This document shows, piece after piece, positions 13,661 to 27,420 of a stretch of 64,000 bases of DNA (positions are counted from its first letter, which is position 1; every line of letters starts with the position of its first letter). The position numbers and the translations under genes were made by a program. The notes under the pieces were generated by a model. The model worked only from the letters and a program-made list of their open reading frames with translations. It did not search any database and was not told the origin of the DNA. This DNA is from Eledone cirrhosa (Eukaryota): contig OZ024747.1 in the NCBI GenBank assembly GCA_964016885.1, positions 4,898,001 to 4,962,000 of the forward strand, in the 5' to 3' direction.

Positions 13661-16600
13661 GGAGCTAGTGTTGTGTGGTGTAGGTGTAATATGAAGGGAT
13701 GGAGCTAGTGTTGTGTGGTGTAGGTGTAATATGAAGGGATGGAGCTAGTGTTGTGTGGTGTCGGTGTAATATGAGGGGATGGAGCTAGTGTTGTGTGGTG
13801 TAGGTGTAATATGAAGGGATGGAGCTAGTGTTGTGTGGTGTCGGTGTAATATGAAGGGATGGAGCTAGTGTTGTGTGGTGTCGGTGTAATATGAGGGGAT
13901 GGAGCTAGTGTTGTGTGGTGTAGGTGTAATATGAAGGGATGGAGCTAGTGTTGTGTGGTGTCGGTGTAATATGAAGGGATGGAGCTAGTGTTGTGTGGTG
14001 TCGGTGTAATATGAGGGGATGGAGCTAGTGTTGTGTGGTGTCGGTGTAATATGAGGGGATGGAGCTAGTGTTGTGTGGTGTAGGTGTAATATGAAGGGAT
14101 GGAGCTAGTGTTGTGTGGTGTCGGTGTAATATGAGGGGATGGAGCTAGTGTTGTGTGGTGTAGGTGTAATATGAAGGGATGGAGCTAGTGTTGTGTGGTG
14201 TCGGTGTAATATGAGGGGATGGAGCTAGTGTTGTGTGGTGTAGGTGTAATATGAAGGGATGGAGCTAGTGTTGTGTGGTGTCGGTGTAATATGAGGGGAT
14301 GGAGCTAGTGTTGTGTGGTGTCGGTGTAATATGAGGGGATGGAGCTAGTGTTGTGTGGTGTCGGTGTAATATGAGGGGATGGAGCTAGTGTTGTGTGGTG
14401 TAGGTGTAATATGAGGGGATGGAGCTAGTGTTGTGTGGTGTCGGTGTAATATGAAGGGATGGAGCTAGTGTTGTGTGGTGTCGGTGTAATATGAGGGGAT
14501 GGAGCTAGTGTTGTGTGGTGTCGGTGTAATATGAGGGGATGGAGCTAGTGTTGTGTGGTGTCGGTGTAATATGAAGGGATGGAGCTAGTGTTGTGTGGTG
14601 TCGGTGTAATATGAGGGGATGGAGCTAGTGTTGTGTGGTGTCGGTGTAATATGAAGGGATGGAGCTAGTGTTGTGTGGTGTCGGTGTAATATGAGGGGAT
14701 GGAGCTAGTGTTGTGTGGTGTAGGTGTAATATGAGGGGATGGAGCTAGTGTTGTGTGGTGTCGGTGTAATATGAGGGGATGGAGCTAGTGTTGTGTGGTG
14801 TCGGTGTAATATGAAGGGATGGAGCTAGTGTTGTGTGGTGTCGGTGTAATATGAAGGGATGGAGCTAGTGTTGTGTGGTGTCGGTGTAATATGAAGGGAT
14901 GGAGCTAGTGTTGTGTGGTGTCGGTGTAATATGAAGGGATGGAGCTAGTGTTGTGTGGTGTAGGTGTAATATGAGGGGATGGAGCTAGTGTTGTGTGGTG
15001 TCGGTGTAATATGAAGGGATGGAGCTAGTGTTGTGTGGTGTCGGTGTAATATGAAGGGATGGAGCTAGTGTTGTGTGGTGTAGGTGTAATATGAGGGGAT
15101 GGAGCTAGTGTTGTGTGGTGTCGGTGTAATATGAAGGGATGGAGCTAGTGTTGTGTGGTGTCGGTGTAATATGAGGGGATGGAGCTAGTGTTGTGTGGTG
15201 TCGGTGTAATATGAGGGGATGGAGCTAGTGTTGTGTGGTGTCGGTGTAATATGAGGGGATGGAGCTAGTGTTGTGTGGTGTAGGTGTAATATGAGGGGAT
15301 GGAGCTAGTGTTGTGTGGTGTCGGTGTAATATGAAGGGATGGAGCTAGTGTTGTGTGGTGTCGGTGTAATATGAGGGGATGGAGCTAGTGTTGTGTGGTG
15401 TCGGTGTAATATGAGGGGATGGAGCTAGTGTTGTGTGGTGTCGGTGTAATATGAGGGGATGGAGCTAGTGTTGTGTGGTGTAGGTGTAATATGAGGGGAT
15501 GGAGCTAGTGTTGTGTGGTGTCGGTGTAATATGAAGGGATGGAGCTAGTGTTGTGTGGTGTCGGTGTAATATGAAGGGATGGAGCTAGTGTTGTGTGGTG
15601 TAGGTGTAATATGAGGGGATGGAGCTAGTGTTGTGTGGTGTCGGTGTAATATGAAGGGATGGAGCTAGTGTTGTGTGGTGTCGGTGTAATATGAAGGGAT
15701 GGAGCTAGTGTTGTGTGGTGTCGGTGTAATATGAAGGGATGGAGCTAGTGTTGTGTGGTGTCGGTGTAATATGAAGGGATGGAGCTAGTGTTGTGTGGTG
15801 TCGGTGTAATATGAGGGGATGGAGCTAGTGTTGTGTGGTGTCGGTGTAATATGAGGGGATGGAGCTAGTGTTGTGTGGTGTCGGTGTAATATGAGGGGAT
15901 GGAGCTAGTGTTGTGTGGTGTAGGTGTAATATGAGGGGATGGAGCTAGTGTTGTGTGGTGTAGGTGTAATATGAGGGGATGGAGCTAGTGTTGTGTGGTG
16001 TCGGTGTAATATGAGGGGATGGAGCTAGTGTTGTGTGGTGTCGGTGTAATATGAAGGGATGGAGCTAGTGTTGTGTGGTGTCGGTGTAATATGAAGGGAT
16101 GGAGCTAGTGTTGTGTGGTGTCGGTGTAATATGAAGGGATGGAGCTAGTGTTGTGTGGTGTCGGTGTAATATGAAGGGATGGAGCTAGTGTTGTGTGGTG
16201 TAGGTGTAATATGAGGGGATGGAGCTAGTGTTGTGTGGTGTCGGTGTAATATGAAGGGATGGAGCTAGTGTTGTGTGGTGTCGGTGTAATATGAAGGGAT
16301 GGAGCTAGTGTTGTGTGGTGTAGGTGTAATATGAGGGGATGGAGCTAGTGTTGTGTGGTGTCGGTGTAATATGAAGGGATGGAGCTAGTGTTGTGTGGTG
16401 TCGGTGTAATATGAGGGGATGGAGCTAGTGTTGTGTGGTGTCGGTGTAATATGAAGGGATGGAGCTAGTAGTGTTGTGTGGTGTAGGTGTAATATGAGGG
16501 AATGGAGCTAGTGTTGTGTGGTGTAGGTGTAATATGAGGGGATGGAGCTAGTGTTGTGTGGTGTAGGTGTAATATGAGGGGATGGAGCTAGTGTTGTGTG

Positions 16601-16978
16601 GTGTCGGTGTAATATGAGGGGATGGAGCTAGTGTTGTGTGGTGTCGGTGTAATATGAGGGGATGGAGCTAGTGTTGTGTGGTGTAGGTGTAATATGAGGG
16701 GATGGAGCTAGTGTTGTGTGGTGCCGGTGTAATATGAGGGGATGGAGCTAGTGTTGTGTGGTGCCGGTGTAATATGAGGGGATGGAGCTAGTGTTGTGTG
16801 GTGTCGGTGTAATATGAGGGGATGGAGCTAGTGTTGTGTGGTGCCGGTGTAATATGAGGGGATGGAGCTAGTGTTGTGTGGTGTCGGTGTAATATGAGGG
16901 GATGGAGCTAGTGTTGTGTGGTGCCGGTGTAATATGAGGGGATGGAGCTAGTGTTGTGTGGTGCCGGTGTAATATGAG
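13661..16978. repeat. 40-bp minisatellite, about 83 copies
   Basis: Unit ggagctagtgttgtgtggtgt(c/a)ggtgtaatatga(g/a)gggat. Confidence 0.99.
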
Positions 16979-17297
16979 ATTTACGATTAAGATGAACATC
17001 TAATAACATCATCCACTTATTACAAATTAAACGAACAACGCAAAAAAAAAAACAACACACAAAAAACATGCAAAAAAACAAACGAAACAAAACATGCAAA
17101 AAGATAACAACCAAAACTCCCAACCCAAAACTTCGCCAAAAAAAAAAAAATAATAATAAAGAATTGAGATGAAGTGCCGCCTCTTTAGAAGTAAGTGATG
17201 GGGAAAGAGAAAAAATCACCGGATTTTTAATCTTTCTAGATTGGTTAACATAACGACAATTGGATTTAGATAATGACACACGAACATCACCCTTTCC

Positions 17298-17384
<87 letters not shown>

Positions 17385-17385
<1 letters not shown>

Positions 17386-17441
17386 ATCTGTCTTTCTTTC
17401 AGTTCTGTTTCTTTCTTTCTCTTTGCCCTTAACATACACAC

Positions 17442-17489
<48 letters not shown>

Positions 17490-17600
17490 CATATATATAT
17501 AGCATATATATATATACATGATGACATGTATATATATACACATGTGTGTATGTTAAGGGCAAAGAGAAAGAAAGAAACAGAACTGAAAGAGAGACAGATA
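17385..17600. repeat. ~65-bp inverted repeat around a (TA)n spacer
   Basis: tctttcagttctgtttctttctttctctttgcccttaacatacacacatgtg / cacatgtgtgtatgttaagggcaaagagaaagaaagaaacagaactgaaaga. Confidence 0.9.
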
Positions 17601-17899
17601 GAAGAAAGGAGAAAAGAAAGAAAGAAAGTAGGAATAAAAGAAATGTATTATAGAAAGAATATATCAATTATAATTTTCCATTTGAAATGAATGTTGTAGA
17701 AATCGCTAGTGATTAACAACAGGATATTAATTAATTGAGAAATGGAAATTTCTGGGGGGGGGGGGAAGAAGGGAGTTATTTATTTCTTTTGCTATTTGTT
17801 TTGATTTTTTCTTTCCGTTTTCTTTCTTCTGGATTTTCGCAAAACTGACTTAAATGAATTTGTTGCTACACGGAAACTGAATTCGTTGCTAAAACTAAC

Positions 17900-18222
17900 T
17901 TTAAAAAACATCACAGATACATCAAAAGCGGTTTAAAGACATCCCCCCCCACACACACACACACATGCGAAAAGGGGTTTAAAGACATCACAACCACACC
18001 AAAAGGGGTTTAAAATATATCACAGCCACACCAAAAGTAGTTTAAAGACATTACAGCCCCACCAAAAGTAGTTTAAAGACATCACAACCACACCAAATGG
18101 GATTTAGAGACATCACAGCCCCACCAAAAGGGACTTAAAGACATCACAGACTCACCAAAAGGGGCTTAAAGACATCACAGACCCACCAAAAGGGGTTTAA
18201 AGATATCATTGCCATAACAAAG
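17900..18222. repeat. degenerate ~31-bp tandem repeat
   Basis: Unit approx. tttaaagacatcacagccacaccaaaagggg. Confidence 0.85.
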
Positions 18223-18259
18223 GACTTCCACACAAAGTATACCATTGGCACTACGAGGC

Positions 18260-18400
18260 ACTCAAAGTGTTCAGTCAATCTACTAGAAATGACAGTCAAA
18301 TCTTCCTCAAATCACACTCTACAGTCTTTTATAAAGGCTCATTGTATAATGTAGTTTTAGATAGACAATGTCTAGATAAAATGGCTGATACGTCTTTATG
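18260..18400. mobile_element. old interspersed repeat family (ctagaaat..caaatcttcctcaaatcacac)
   Basis: Related pieces near 2380-2520, 18740-18850, 28330-28400, 43560-43720 and 63480-63720. Confidence 0.55.
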
Positions 18401-18419
18401 GTGTGTACATATGCAAAAC

Positions 18420-18608
18420 TAATTATTTCTACTTTTTGGCACAAGGCCAGCAATGACTCAGTAATTACTGGTACTTTATTTTATCGACTCCGTAAGGATG
18501 AAAGGCAAAGTTAACCTCGACGGGATTTGAACTCAGACCGTAAAGAGACATAACTATACTAGAAAACATGGCGTTCGATCCTCTACCGATACTGTCGATT
18601 CACCGCCA
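18420..18608 (-). mobile_element. tRNA-derived SINE
   Basis: Full reverse-complement match to the family consensus. Confidence 0.85.
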
Positions 18609-19645
18609 TTCATATGCAAAAGTAATAACAACAAAAACAACAATGACGACAGTTACAACAATCTTCAAATTACCCAACACAATATATCAAAGAACACTAT
18701 ATATTAATCACTCCTAACAACTATATTTTTCTTTTTAAGATAATGTAGTCCCAGATACCTCTAATAAAAAGGACATAAACATCACTGAAATGGCTTTGAT
18801 CATAGGTCTGCTCAATCAATGTTAACCAGGGGCTAAATATCAACAATAACAGCACCATGGTATTAAGAAACAGGGTAGATCTATCAGGGTAGATCTATTA
18901 GCAATGTGTAGACCTCACTGGTACTGTCCAAAACAAACTAAGCTAGTATCATAAGTTGCTGCTGAAAGATTCGTATCGATTTAAAGGAAAAGGAGAGAAG
19001 AAGAAGTAGGAGAAGGAGGAAGGGGGGGTGGGGCAGGAGAGAGTGTGTTTATTTTATGCTCTACTTTTTTTTATTTTTGAATATTTTCATTTATTTATCT
19101 ATTTCCTTGTTTGTTGGTTTAACTGTTTCTTATTATGTGGTTGGGGTGCGGTGTGAGGTAGAGAAAGATAAGCAGTGGTAGATGTGTGTGAGCATGGGTC
19201 TATTATATAGAGTGGCTGGGGGTGTGGGGACAGGATGGGGTCGCGGTGATCGATTCAGCAAAATACTCGGCATGTTAAATATCGATAAGGCAGATATTCC
19301 TTTGTTCACAACAGCAAGTAGTGGTGGGGGGTGGTGTGTGGTGTGTGGTGGGGGGTGGAGGAGAGGATAGACTGAACAGCTACATTGCTAACTAGCAGTC
19401 TGTTCATTCATCCATAATCATATACATACAAACATATATGTATATGTATGTATATATATATATATATTATATATATATATACTTGTGTACGTATGTACGT
19501 ATAAATGTAAATACATGCATACATACACATATACATACACACAGATACGGGACACACACACACACATGTATATACATACACATACACACATGCTTACACA
19601 CGTATACATGTAGACACATGCAGATAGATAAATAGACAGACAGAC

Positions 19646-19754
<109 letters not shown>

Positions 19755-19911
19755 GCCAGGCAGGCAGGCAGGCAGGCAGGCAGACAGACAGACAGATAGA
19801 TAGATAGAAAAGCGACAGAAACAGAAAACAAAATGGTTTCAACTAATAATTTTCCTTTTAGTTTATCGACCTCAAACCTTCTGCCTTATTTACAACAGCA
19901 AAATACACTTC

Positions 19912-19956
<45 letters not shown>

Positions 19957-19989
19957 GGTGGTGGTGGTAATAGTAGTAGTTGTTGTAGC

Positions 19990-20049
<60 letters not shown>

Positions 20050-20779
20050 TGCAGTTGATGCTCTTCTTTTTCTTCTTTCTTTTGCTATTGCTACTGTTGT
20101 TGTTGTTGCTCTTAATTTTATTGCTGTTGTAGCTATTCTTGTTGTTGTTGCTGCTGTTTCTACTGAAACAATTTGTAGTGATGTCTTATGTCGGCATCAG
20201 CAGAAGGCCACGATTGCTTTTAGTAAGGAAACACAGTAGATTAATAATTTGTTGGATTGTAACAGCTTAAAATATGAGATTTATTACAGTAAACTACTCA
20301 GAGAGCTTACAATTCTACTTGTATGAACTCCTTATTTCAGCTGTGTACGTACTCTCATAGAGCAACGTGATTGGCCAAGAGTGATGAGTACGGCTAATAA
20401 CAAACAGAAAACCCTGGCGATCAACCATTCCTCTAACAGGAATGAGAAGGCTCTAGATTGGATATATATATGTATAAAGGTAGAACACTGGAAGGTAACA
20501 TCCGTAGTGGTAGAGCACTCAGCCCATGGGTATGGTGAACTGTTGTGTTATTACTTCTATATATATATATATATATAATTATAAGAAACAAAAGGAGCTG
20601 TGTGGTTACAGTAAACAAAGTTTAAGAGGGTAGTATCGACGAAACAAGAGAAGAACATAAATCCTTCATCAGCTGTAAACCGAGATCAAGATGTTTCGGC
20701 GCTTATATATATAATAGAAAAGATGTCCCTCGGATCTCACGTGCTATATTCAAATAAACTAATTGATGAATATATTAAA

Positions 20780-20970
20780 TAATTGTTTCTTCTTTTGGCA
20801 CAAGGCCAGCAATACCCAGTACATTACTGGTACTTTATTTTATCGACCCCGTAAGGATGAAAGGCAAAGTTAACCTCGGCGGGATTTGAACTCAGAATGG
20901 AAAGGGCCGTAACTCTATGCGTCAAAGCATGACGTCCGACCCTCTACCGATACTGCTAATCCACCGCCCT
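20780..20970 (-). mobile_element. tRNA-derived SINE with apparent target-site duplication
   Basis: Full copy flanked by direct repeats atgaatatattaaataat (about 20766 and 20974). Confidence 0.9.
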
Positions 20971-21267
20971 TGAATGAATATATTAAATAATATATAGTTT
21001 TTAGATACACACAAGAAAACGGGAGAGCCAGACTGACAGCCCTTTTTAAGGGGTACCCGAGACTGATGACTTATAACAAGAAAGGGTCAAGAAATGGTTG
21101 AAAGGCAAAATAGATCTGATTGACTTATGAACTCGCAGAACATTGGAAACCCCGTATTAGAGAAATATCCCCCGATATTCTATTACGTAACACATCCTTA
21201 ACACCTCCTCATCATCATCATCCCCTCCCCCTCCTCCTCCTCCTCCTCCTCCTCCTCCTCCTCCTCC

Positions 21268-21307
<40 letters not shown>

Positions 21308-21556
21308 TATCATCATCATCACCATCATGACAACACAAAATGCAACGACTCCACCACCATTACAACCACCACCAACACCACCACCACCAACACCACCACC
21401 ACCAACAACACCATCACCACCACCACCAACAACAACAACACCAACAACACCAACACCAACAACACCAACACCAACAACACCACCACCAACAACAACAACA
21501 ACAACAACACTACCATCACCACCACCACCAACAACAACACCACCACCAACAACAAC

Positions 21557-21587
<31 letters not shown>

Positions 21588-21769
21588 CCATCACCACCAC
21601 CACCACCACCACTACCACCACCACCACCACCACCACCACCACCACCACCACCACCACCACCACCATCACCAACAACAACTTTGCAGGTGTTGAAAGAGAC
21701 AATACATGATATCGCATCAAATGTTTGGGAGAAGAAAGATAGATATTGATTAATAGGTATGGGCAGGTG

Positions 21770-22900
21770 TAGTATTGATGGATGTATGATAGTAGTGGTA
21801 GTGGTGGTGGGAATGGGGGTGTTGGTGGTGGTGGTGGTAGTGGTGGTGGTGGTGGTGGTAGTATTGATGGATGTATGATAGTAGTGGTAGTGGTGGTGGG
21901 AATGGGGGTGTTGGTGGTGGTGGTGGTAGTGGTGGTGGTGGTGGTGGTAGTATTGATGGATGTATGATAGTAGTGGTAGTGGTGGTGGGAATGGGGGTGT
22001 TGGTGGTGGTGGTGGTGATGGTGGTGGTGGTGGTGGTAGTATTGATGGATGTATGATAGTAGTGGTAGTGGTGGTGGGAATGGGGGTGTTGGTGGTGGTG
22101 GTGGTGATGGTGGTGGTGGTGGTGGTAGTATTGATGGATGTATGATAGTAGTGGTAGTGGTGGTGGGAATGGGGGTGTTGGTGGTGGTGGTGGTAGTGGT
22201 GGTGGTGGTGGTGGTAGTATTGATGGATGTATGATAGTAGTGGTAGTGGTGGTGGGAATGGGGGTGTTGGTGGTGGTGGTGGTAGTGGTGGTGGTGGTAG
22301 TGGTGGTGGTGGTGGTGGTAGTGGTGGTGGGAATGGGGGTGTTGGTGGTGGTGGTGGTGATGGTGGTGGTGGTAGTGGTGGTGGTGGTGGTGGTAGTGGT
22401 GGTGGGAATGGGGGTGTTGGTGGTGGTGGTGGTGATGGTGGTGGTGGTGGTGGTGTTGGTGGTGGTGGTGGTGGTGGTGGTGGTGATGGTGGTGGTGGTG
22501 GTAGTATTGATGGATGTATGATAGTAGTGGTAGTGGTGGTGGGAATGGGGGTGTTGGTGGTGGTAGTGGTGGTGGTGGTAGTGGTGGTGGTGGTGGTGGT
22601 AGTGGTGGTGGGAATGGGGGTGTTGGTGGTGGTGGTGGTGATGGTGGTGGTGGTGGTGGTGTTGGTGGTGGTGGTGGTGGTGGTGGTGGTGATGGTGGTG
22701 GTGGTGGTAGTATTGATGGATGTATGATAGTAGTGGTAGTGGTGGTGGGAATGGGGGTGTTGGTGGTGGTGCTGGTAGTGGTGATTGTGGTGGTGGTGGT
22801 GGTAGTGGTGGTGGTGGTGGTGGTGGTGGTGGTGGTGGTAGTATTGATGGATGTATGATAGTAGTGGTAGTTGTGGTGGGAATGGGGGTGTTGGTGGTGG
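21770..22900. repeat. ~89-bp GGT-rich minisatellite
   Basis: Unit gtagtattgatggatgtatgatagtagtggtagtggtggtgggaatgggggtgtt(ggt)n. Confidence 0.95.
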
Positions 22901-23278
22901 TGGTGGTAGTGGTGATTGTGGTGGTGGTGGTGGTGGTGGTGGTAGTGGTGGTGGTGGTGGTGGGGATGGTAGTAATGGTGTTGGTGGTGCTAGTGGCAGT
23001 AGTGTTGGTGGTGGTGGTGTTGGTGTTGGTGGTAGTTTTGGTAGCGGTGTTTGTGTTTGGTCTAAATCCAACCATGCCGTGGTATAGCAACTGATCAGCT
23101 TGTAAAACCAAGCAGAACTTGTCAAACATTGCCTCCCCTTAATACACCATGTGGAGTAACCCTCTCCACTTATGAAGAGCAAGTTCTCACGTCCCCTATG
23201 TGAAAGAGGAGTATCTAACAAACTACATTCTGAAGAACCCCTTAAAATTTAAGCTGAACGACGAATTTCTACACTTAA

Positions 23279-23500
23279 CCTTTTAGCATTTACATTACTC
23301 TATATATACTATTGTATTTTTGTGACGAAGGCTTTATCTTACATAATTATCTGATTATAATATTGAATCTATGAGATTTTGATGTTATTTATTTTGAGAA
23401 CAATACCTTAACATCAGTATGAGTGGCCAGTTACAGCCAGTTTGAACAGAAAGAGGTGAGAAAATTCTGGCCGGATATGGCCGGTTTATATGCTAAAAGG
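23279..23500. mobile_element. piggyBac-like MITE
   Basis: TTAA|ccttttagcat ... atgctaaaagg|TTAA. Confidence 0.85.
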
Positions 23501-23733
23501 TTAAATAGTCTAAAGTTTCCTGTTGAGAATCACCACCGTTTGTGTGAGTCTCAGGTATTCTGTGGCAGCCAATAAAACGGTGAGATCCCGGCCCCATATT
23601 GCATTTAAGGCAAGCTTTGCATTGTAAACAAACAAGACTATCTAATTTTGTTTAACATATACTGAATATATATATATATATATATAGTAATAATAATAAA
23701 TGTGAAGACTAAAATCCAAACTTTAATCTGTTA

Positions 23734-23784
<51 letters not shown>

Positions 23785-23853
23785 CACACACAAAAACAAG
23801 ATGGCGTAGGACAGAACAAAGGAGAGGCACAAAAACAAAGAAAAGAATCCCCA

Positions 23854-23896
23854 GTCACTGAAGAGGTCACAGAATGTGTGACGAAAGAACTTTGAC
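23854..23896 (+). ncRNA. minimal type I hammerhead ribozyme
   Basis: gtca-CTGAAGA-g gtcac agaatgt gtgac-GAAA-gaac-TT-tgac, inside island 23781-24048 between (TA)n tracts. Confidence 0.7.
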
Positions 23897-24187
23897 AATA
23901 TATGAACAAGCGTCTGGTTGTGGAACCAACCAACCAACCGGAAATTTATAAATTCCTAAATTTATAAATTTAATTTATAATAAATTGAAGTGAAGCAACT
24001 GGTGCGTGTGTTTCTTATTGGCAACATGACCCTCCCAAAGTATAACAATATATATATATATGTATATATATATTAATAAAAGGAATTCCAACTTTGTCTG
24101 ATTTACTCGTTTAATTTACAATCCTTTAAAATTATAATGATATTATAATGAAATAGTATGGTAGAATATTAAATGTTAAGTGTTAAT

Positions 24188-24226
24188 TGAACAAGTACTT
24201 TCATGCTTTCGCAATCTTCAGGTTCA
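24188..24226 (-). ncRNA. minimal type I hammerhead ribozyme
   Basis: Reverse complement of 24269-24307. Confidence 0.85.
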
Positions 24227-24268
24227 CATTCTGTGGAAAATTGCAAACTTGACTGTCACCACAGAATA

Positions 24269-24307
24269 TGAACCTGAAGATTGCGAAAGCATGAAAGTAC
24301 TTGTTCA
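24269..24307 (+). ncRNA. minimal type I hammerhead ribozyme
   Basis: tgaac-CTGAAGA-t tgc gaaa gca t-GAAA-gtac-TT-gttca; stem III is the palindrome AGTACT. Confidence 0.85.
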
Positions 24308-24669
24308 ATTAACACTTAACATTTAATATTCTACCATACTATTTCATTATAATACCATTATAATTTTAAAGGATTGTAAATAAAACGAGTAAATCAGACA
24401 AAGCTGGAATTCCATTTATTAATATAATCTTATATAACAATCATACACACCCGTGTATCTTTATATATATATATATATATTTGGGTTTGTTGCTTCACCA
24501 CTGGATAGAACTGGTCATTCTGAGTGGTCAGCCACGATGTAATGTTATGGAAAGAACTCAACGTAATGCAACCACCAGTCTTGTGTAGTTGGTGGTGCGA
24601 GTACGGAGTTAATTATTATAAAATAACAGGAGGCATGTTCTGGTGTAAAGCCGCCTTGAAAGGTTTATT

Positions 24670-24727
24670 TTACTATGATCATTTCAATGGCCGGGTTCAG
24701 TATGAATCCGGTGACATCATCAGGTAA
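24670..24727 (-). ncRNA. minimal type I hammerhead ribozyme
   Basis: Minus: ttac-CTGATGA-tgtca ccggattca tac tgaacccgg ccatt-GAAA-tgatca-TA-gtaa; stem III palindrome ATGATCAT. Confidence 0.85.
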
Positions 24728-25282
24728 TTCAAAATATAAACGAAGGAATATATCAGATAAAAATCCTTGGTGTTTAAATCAGAGACAAGAGGGTGGCCGG
24801 TATTTTAGCGACTTGTATCTGCGTCGACCGCCCTGGACTGCTGATAATTGGGTCAAGATACTACCTTATGATGTGGGGGTGCGTAAGCCTTTAATGTACT
24901 ACCACCATCCCGTCAGATGGAAGTGCCAGCGGTGAGGTCACGCGTCAATCAGGCTGGTCAGGCATGCTTCATATTGCCGCGAAATATGTTTTTGCAAGGA
25001 CAAACAGACATATATATAAACGGAAAAAATGAAACGAAATTTACAGCAAACAGGAGGCGTAGTTAGCTTTGATAAGCATAAAACAAATGCGAAACAGAGC
25101 TCTGTCAGCTTTATCTCCCCTGTTTGCTGAAAATTAAAGTAAGTGAGACTGTCACTACTCTAAAACAATAGCATAAGGTCTTCGAAATGCTTTTAATTAA
25201 GCATACAGTGTATTGCAAAATACACTATATATACATTCATATATATATCGGTATTTCAGAGCACCAATTCTAATATATATAT

Positions 25283-25477
25283 ATAGGAAAAAGTATGACC
25301 CCGACGGCAGAGCTCAAGCCGTTTCGACGGCTATTTCTGGTCTAGAAATAGCCGTCGAAACGGCTTGAGCTCTGCCGTCGGGGTCATACTTTTTCCTATT
25401 TCCGACTCTACTACCCTAAGTATTGAGTACTCTGGTGCGTTATGGTCCATCTGGTTCCTTACCACAATTCCTTTGTT
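25283..25477 (+). mobile_element. fold-back element: 56-bp-arm palindrome of a hammerhead 3' half plus ~80-bp tail
   Basis: Arms 25283-25338 / 25344-25399 contain GAAAC-ggc..gcc-GTC. Second copy inverted at 36525-36714. Confidence 0.75.
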
Positions 25478-25524
25478 ATATATATATATATATATACATA
25501 CATACATACATATATATATGTATA

Positions 25525-25632
<108 letters not shown>

Positions 25633-26134
25633 TGTATATATATATATATATATGTACACACACACCCACACACATACACATATATGTGTGTAAGTTTGAA
25701 TGACTGTAAAAGTGCATGTTTACGTGTGCACGCGTTTATATGTGTGAACGTGAATATATGTCCGTGTATGTATATGTGAGTGTATAGATGAGTTTGTGTG
25801 TCTATGTATGTATGTTTATATGTGGGTAAAACTCGAGTATATAGGTCATACCGATAGATACATTAGTATCCTGATTAATACATCTGGTATATTGATTTTA
25901 TTGGTACTGGAACTGGTATTTAGTACTGTTGCTCCACCTTCTCTTCCCTCTCTCTTCTTCTGTTACTAAAATAATACCTATTGATTTACCTTTTAACCTT
26001 TTGTTATTTAAGTTTTTTGTGTGTGTCTGTGTATGTTTTTTTTTTTTCTATCTGTGACACGGATTTTTTCGATCGGCACGTTACGTTCTCTGGTCGTCTT
26101 CAGGTATCATACATGGGATTTAAGGAAATTCAAC

Positions 26135-26206
<72 letters not shown>

Positions 26207-26221
26207 CATATATACATATAC

Positions 26222-26300
<79 letters not shown>

Positions 26301-26364
26301 TATACATATATATATACATACATATATATATATACATATATATACACATATATATATATATATA

Positions 26365-26414
<50 letters not shown>

Positions 26415-26979
26415 TGTCTATACATATGTGTGCATGTGTAAGAGAGGGGAAAGTGAGAGAGAATTTACTTTGAGCCATGGTGTGTATCTATATTTCTTGT
26501 AAAATATGGTTTTCAGTATAGTTGTATAGTTCTTCAATTACTTATCGACTGTTTCCCCTAAACTTTGAGCTGTCATTCCTATATACTTCTCAGAGAGGTT
26601 TACACATGATTCTCATACTACTATATATGTTACAATATATATTTTTTCAATTTGTAATTCATATGTAGGTTTGTGGCACACATCCTACAATCTTGTCTAG
26701 ATGTATACCTGTCAGAATAGTTAGACTTAACAAATGGTTGAATGATTGATCTGATGGATCAATCTGTTATTTCTATGACTTAAATATTGATATGTTTCTC
26801 AGAGAATTTTCTTAAACCTATCAGCTCCTTCGCTATTGAAACATTGAATTATCAATCTTATTTTTAATGCACTAAATACTGGGTTTTGGTATTCCAATAT
26901 CTATTCAAAAACTTCTTATAGTAGAACGTACAAACACCACTGCCATATTCCGGAATATTTCAAAACCTTTCCTTTGCTT

Positions 26980-27080
<101 letters not shown>

Positions 27081-27174
27081 TGGCGATTTATCCAGCAACT
27101 CCACTCCCGACAGGACGGAGTGTTGGGGATCTAAATGTTTGTTTATTTTTTCTATGACATTATTGCTTTAAGAT

Positions 27175-27420
27175 TGACCTAGTAGTAAGGAGCCTCATTA
27201 TCATAAGATCGTGGGTTCAAGTTCTAGACAGGGGAGCTCCATGTGTTCTTGAACAAGACACTTCATGCCATGTTGCTCTAGTGGACCTCGAAGTAGCTAT
27301 AGGCTATTTTAACGATGGACTGGCGTCACATCCAGAGGGCAGTTTTATGTACGCTTCGTCGCTTAATACAAATCAAACCGAGACATTCTCCGGCCTGATA
27401 AACCTCAAGATTTGAGACAG
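27175..27420 (+). mobile_element. second tRNA-derived SINE family (MetaSINE-like central domain)
   Basis: tRNA-like head gtgggttcaagttc; tgaacaagacact; gatggactggcgtc..tccag. Related to 49667-49940 and 30470-30560. Confidence 0.6.

Noticed and set aside
20630-20705. Minus-strand CTGATGA and GAAAC motifs
   Set aside because: Could not close the stems in a valid hammerhead topology.
21010-21750. Non-repetitive ends of ORF 21120-21749 as a retroelement or exon remnant
   Set aside because: Too short and interrupted to assign without a search.
26055-26109. Minus-strand tgatac-CTGAAGA..GAAA..gtgtca
   Set aside because: Stem I pairs, but stem II is weak and there is no UH at the cleavage position; likely decayed.
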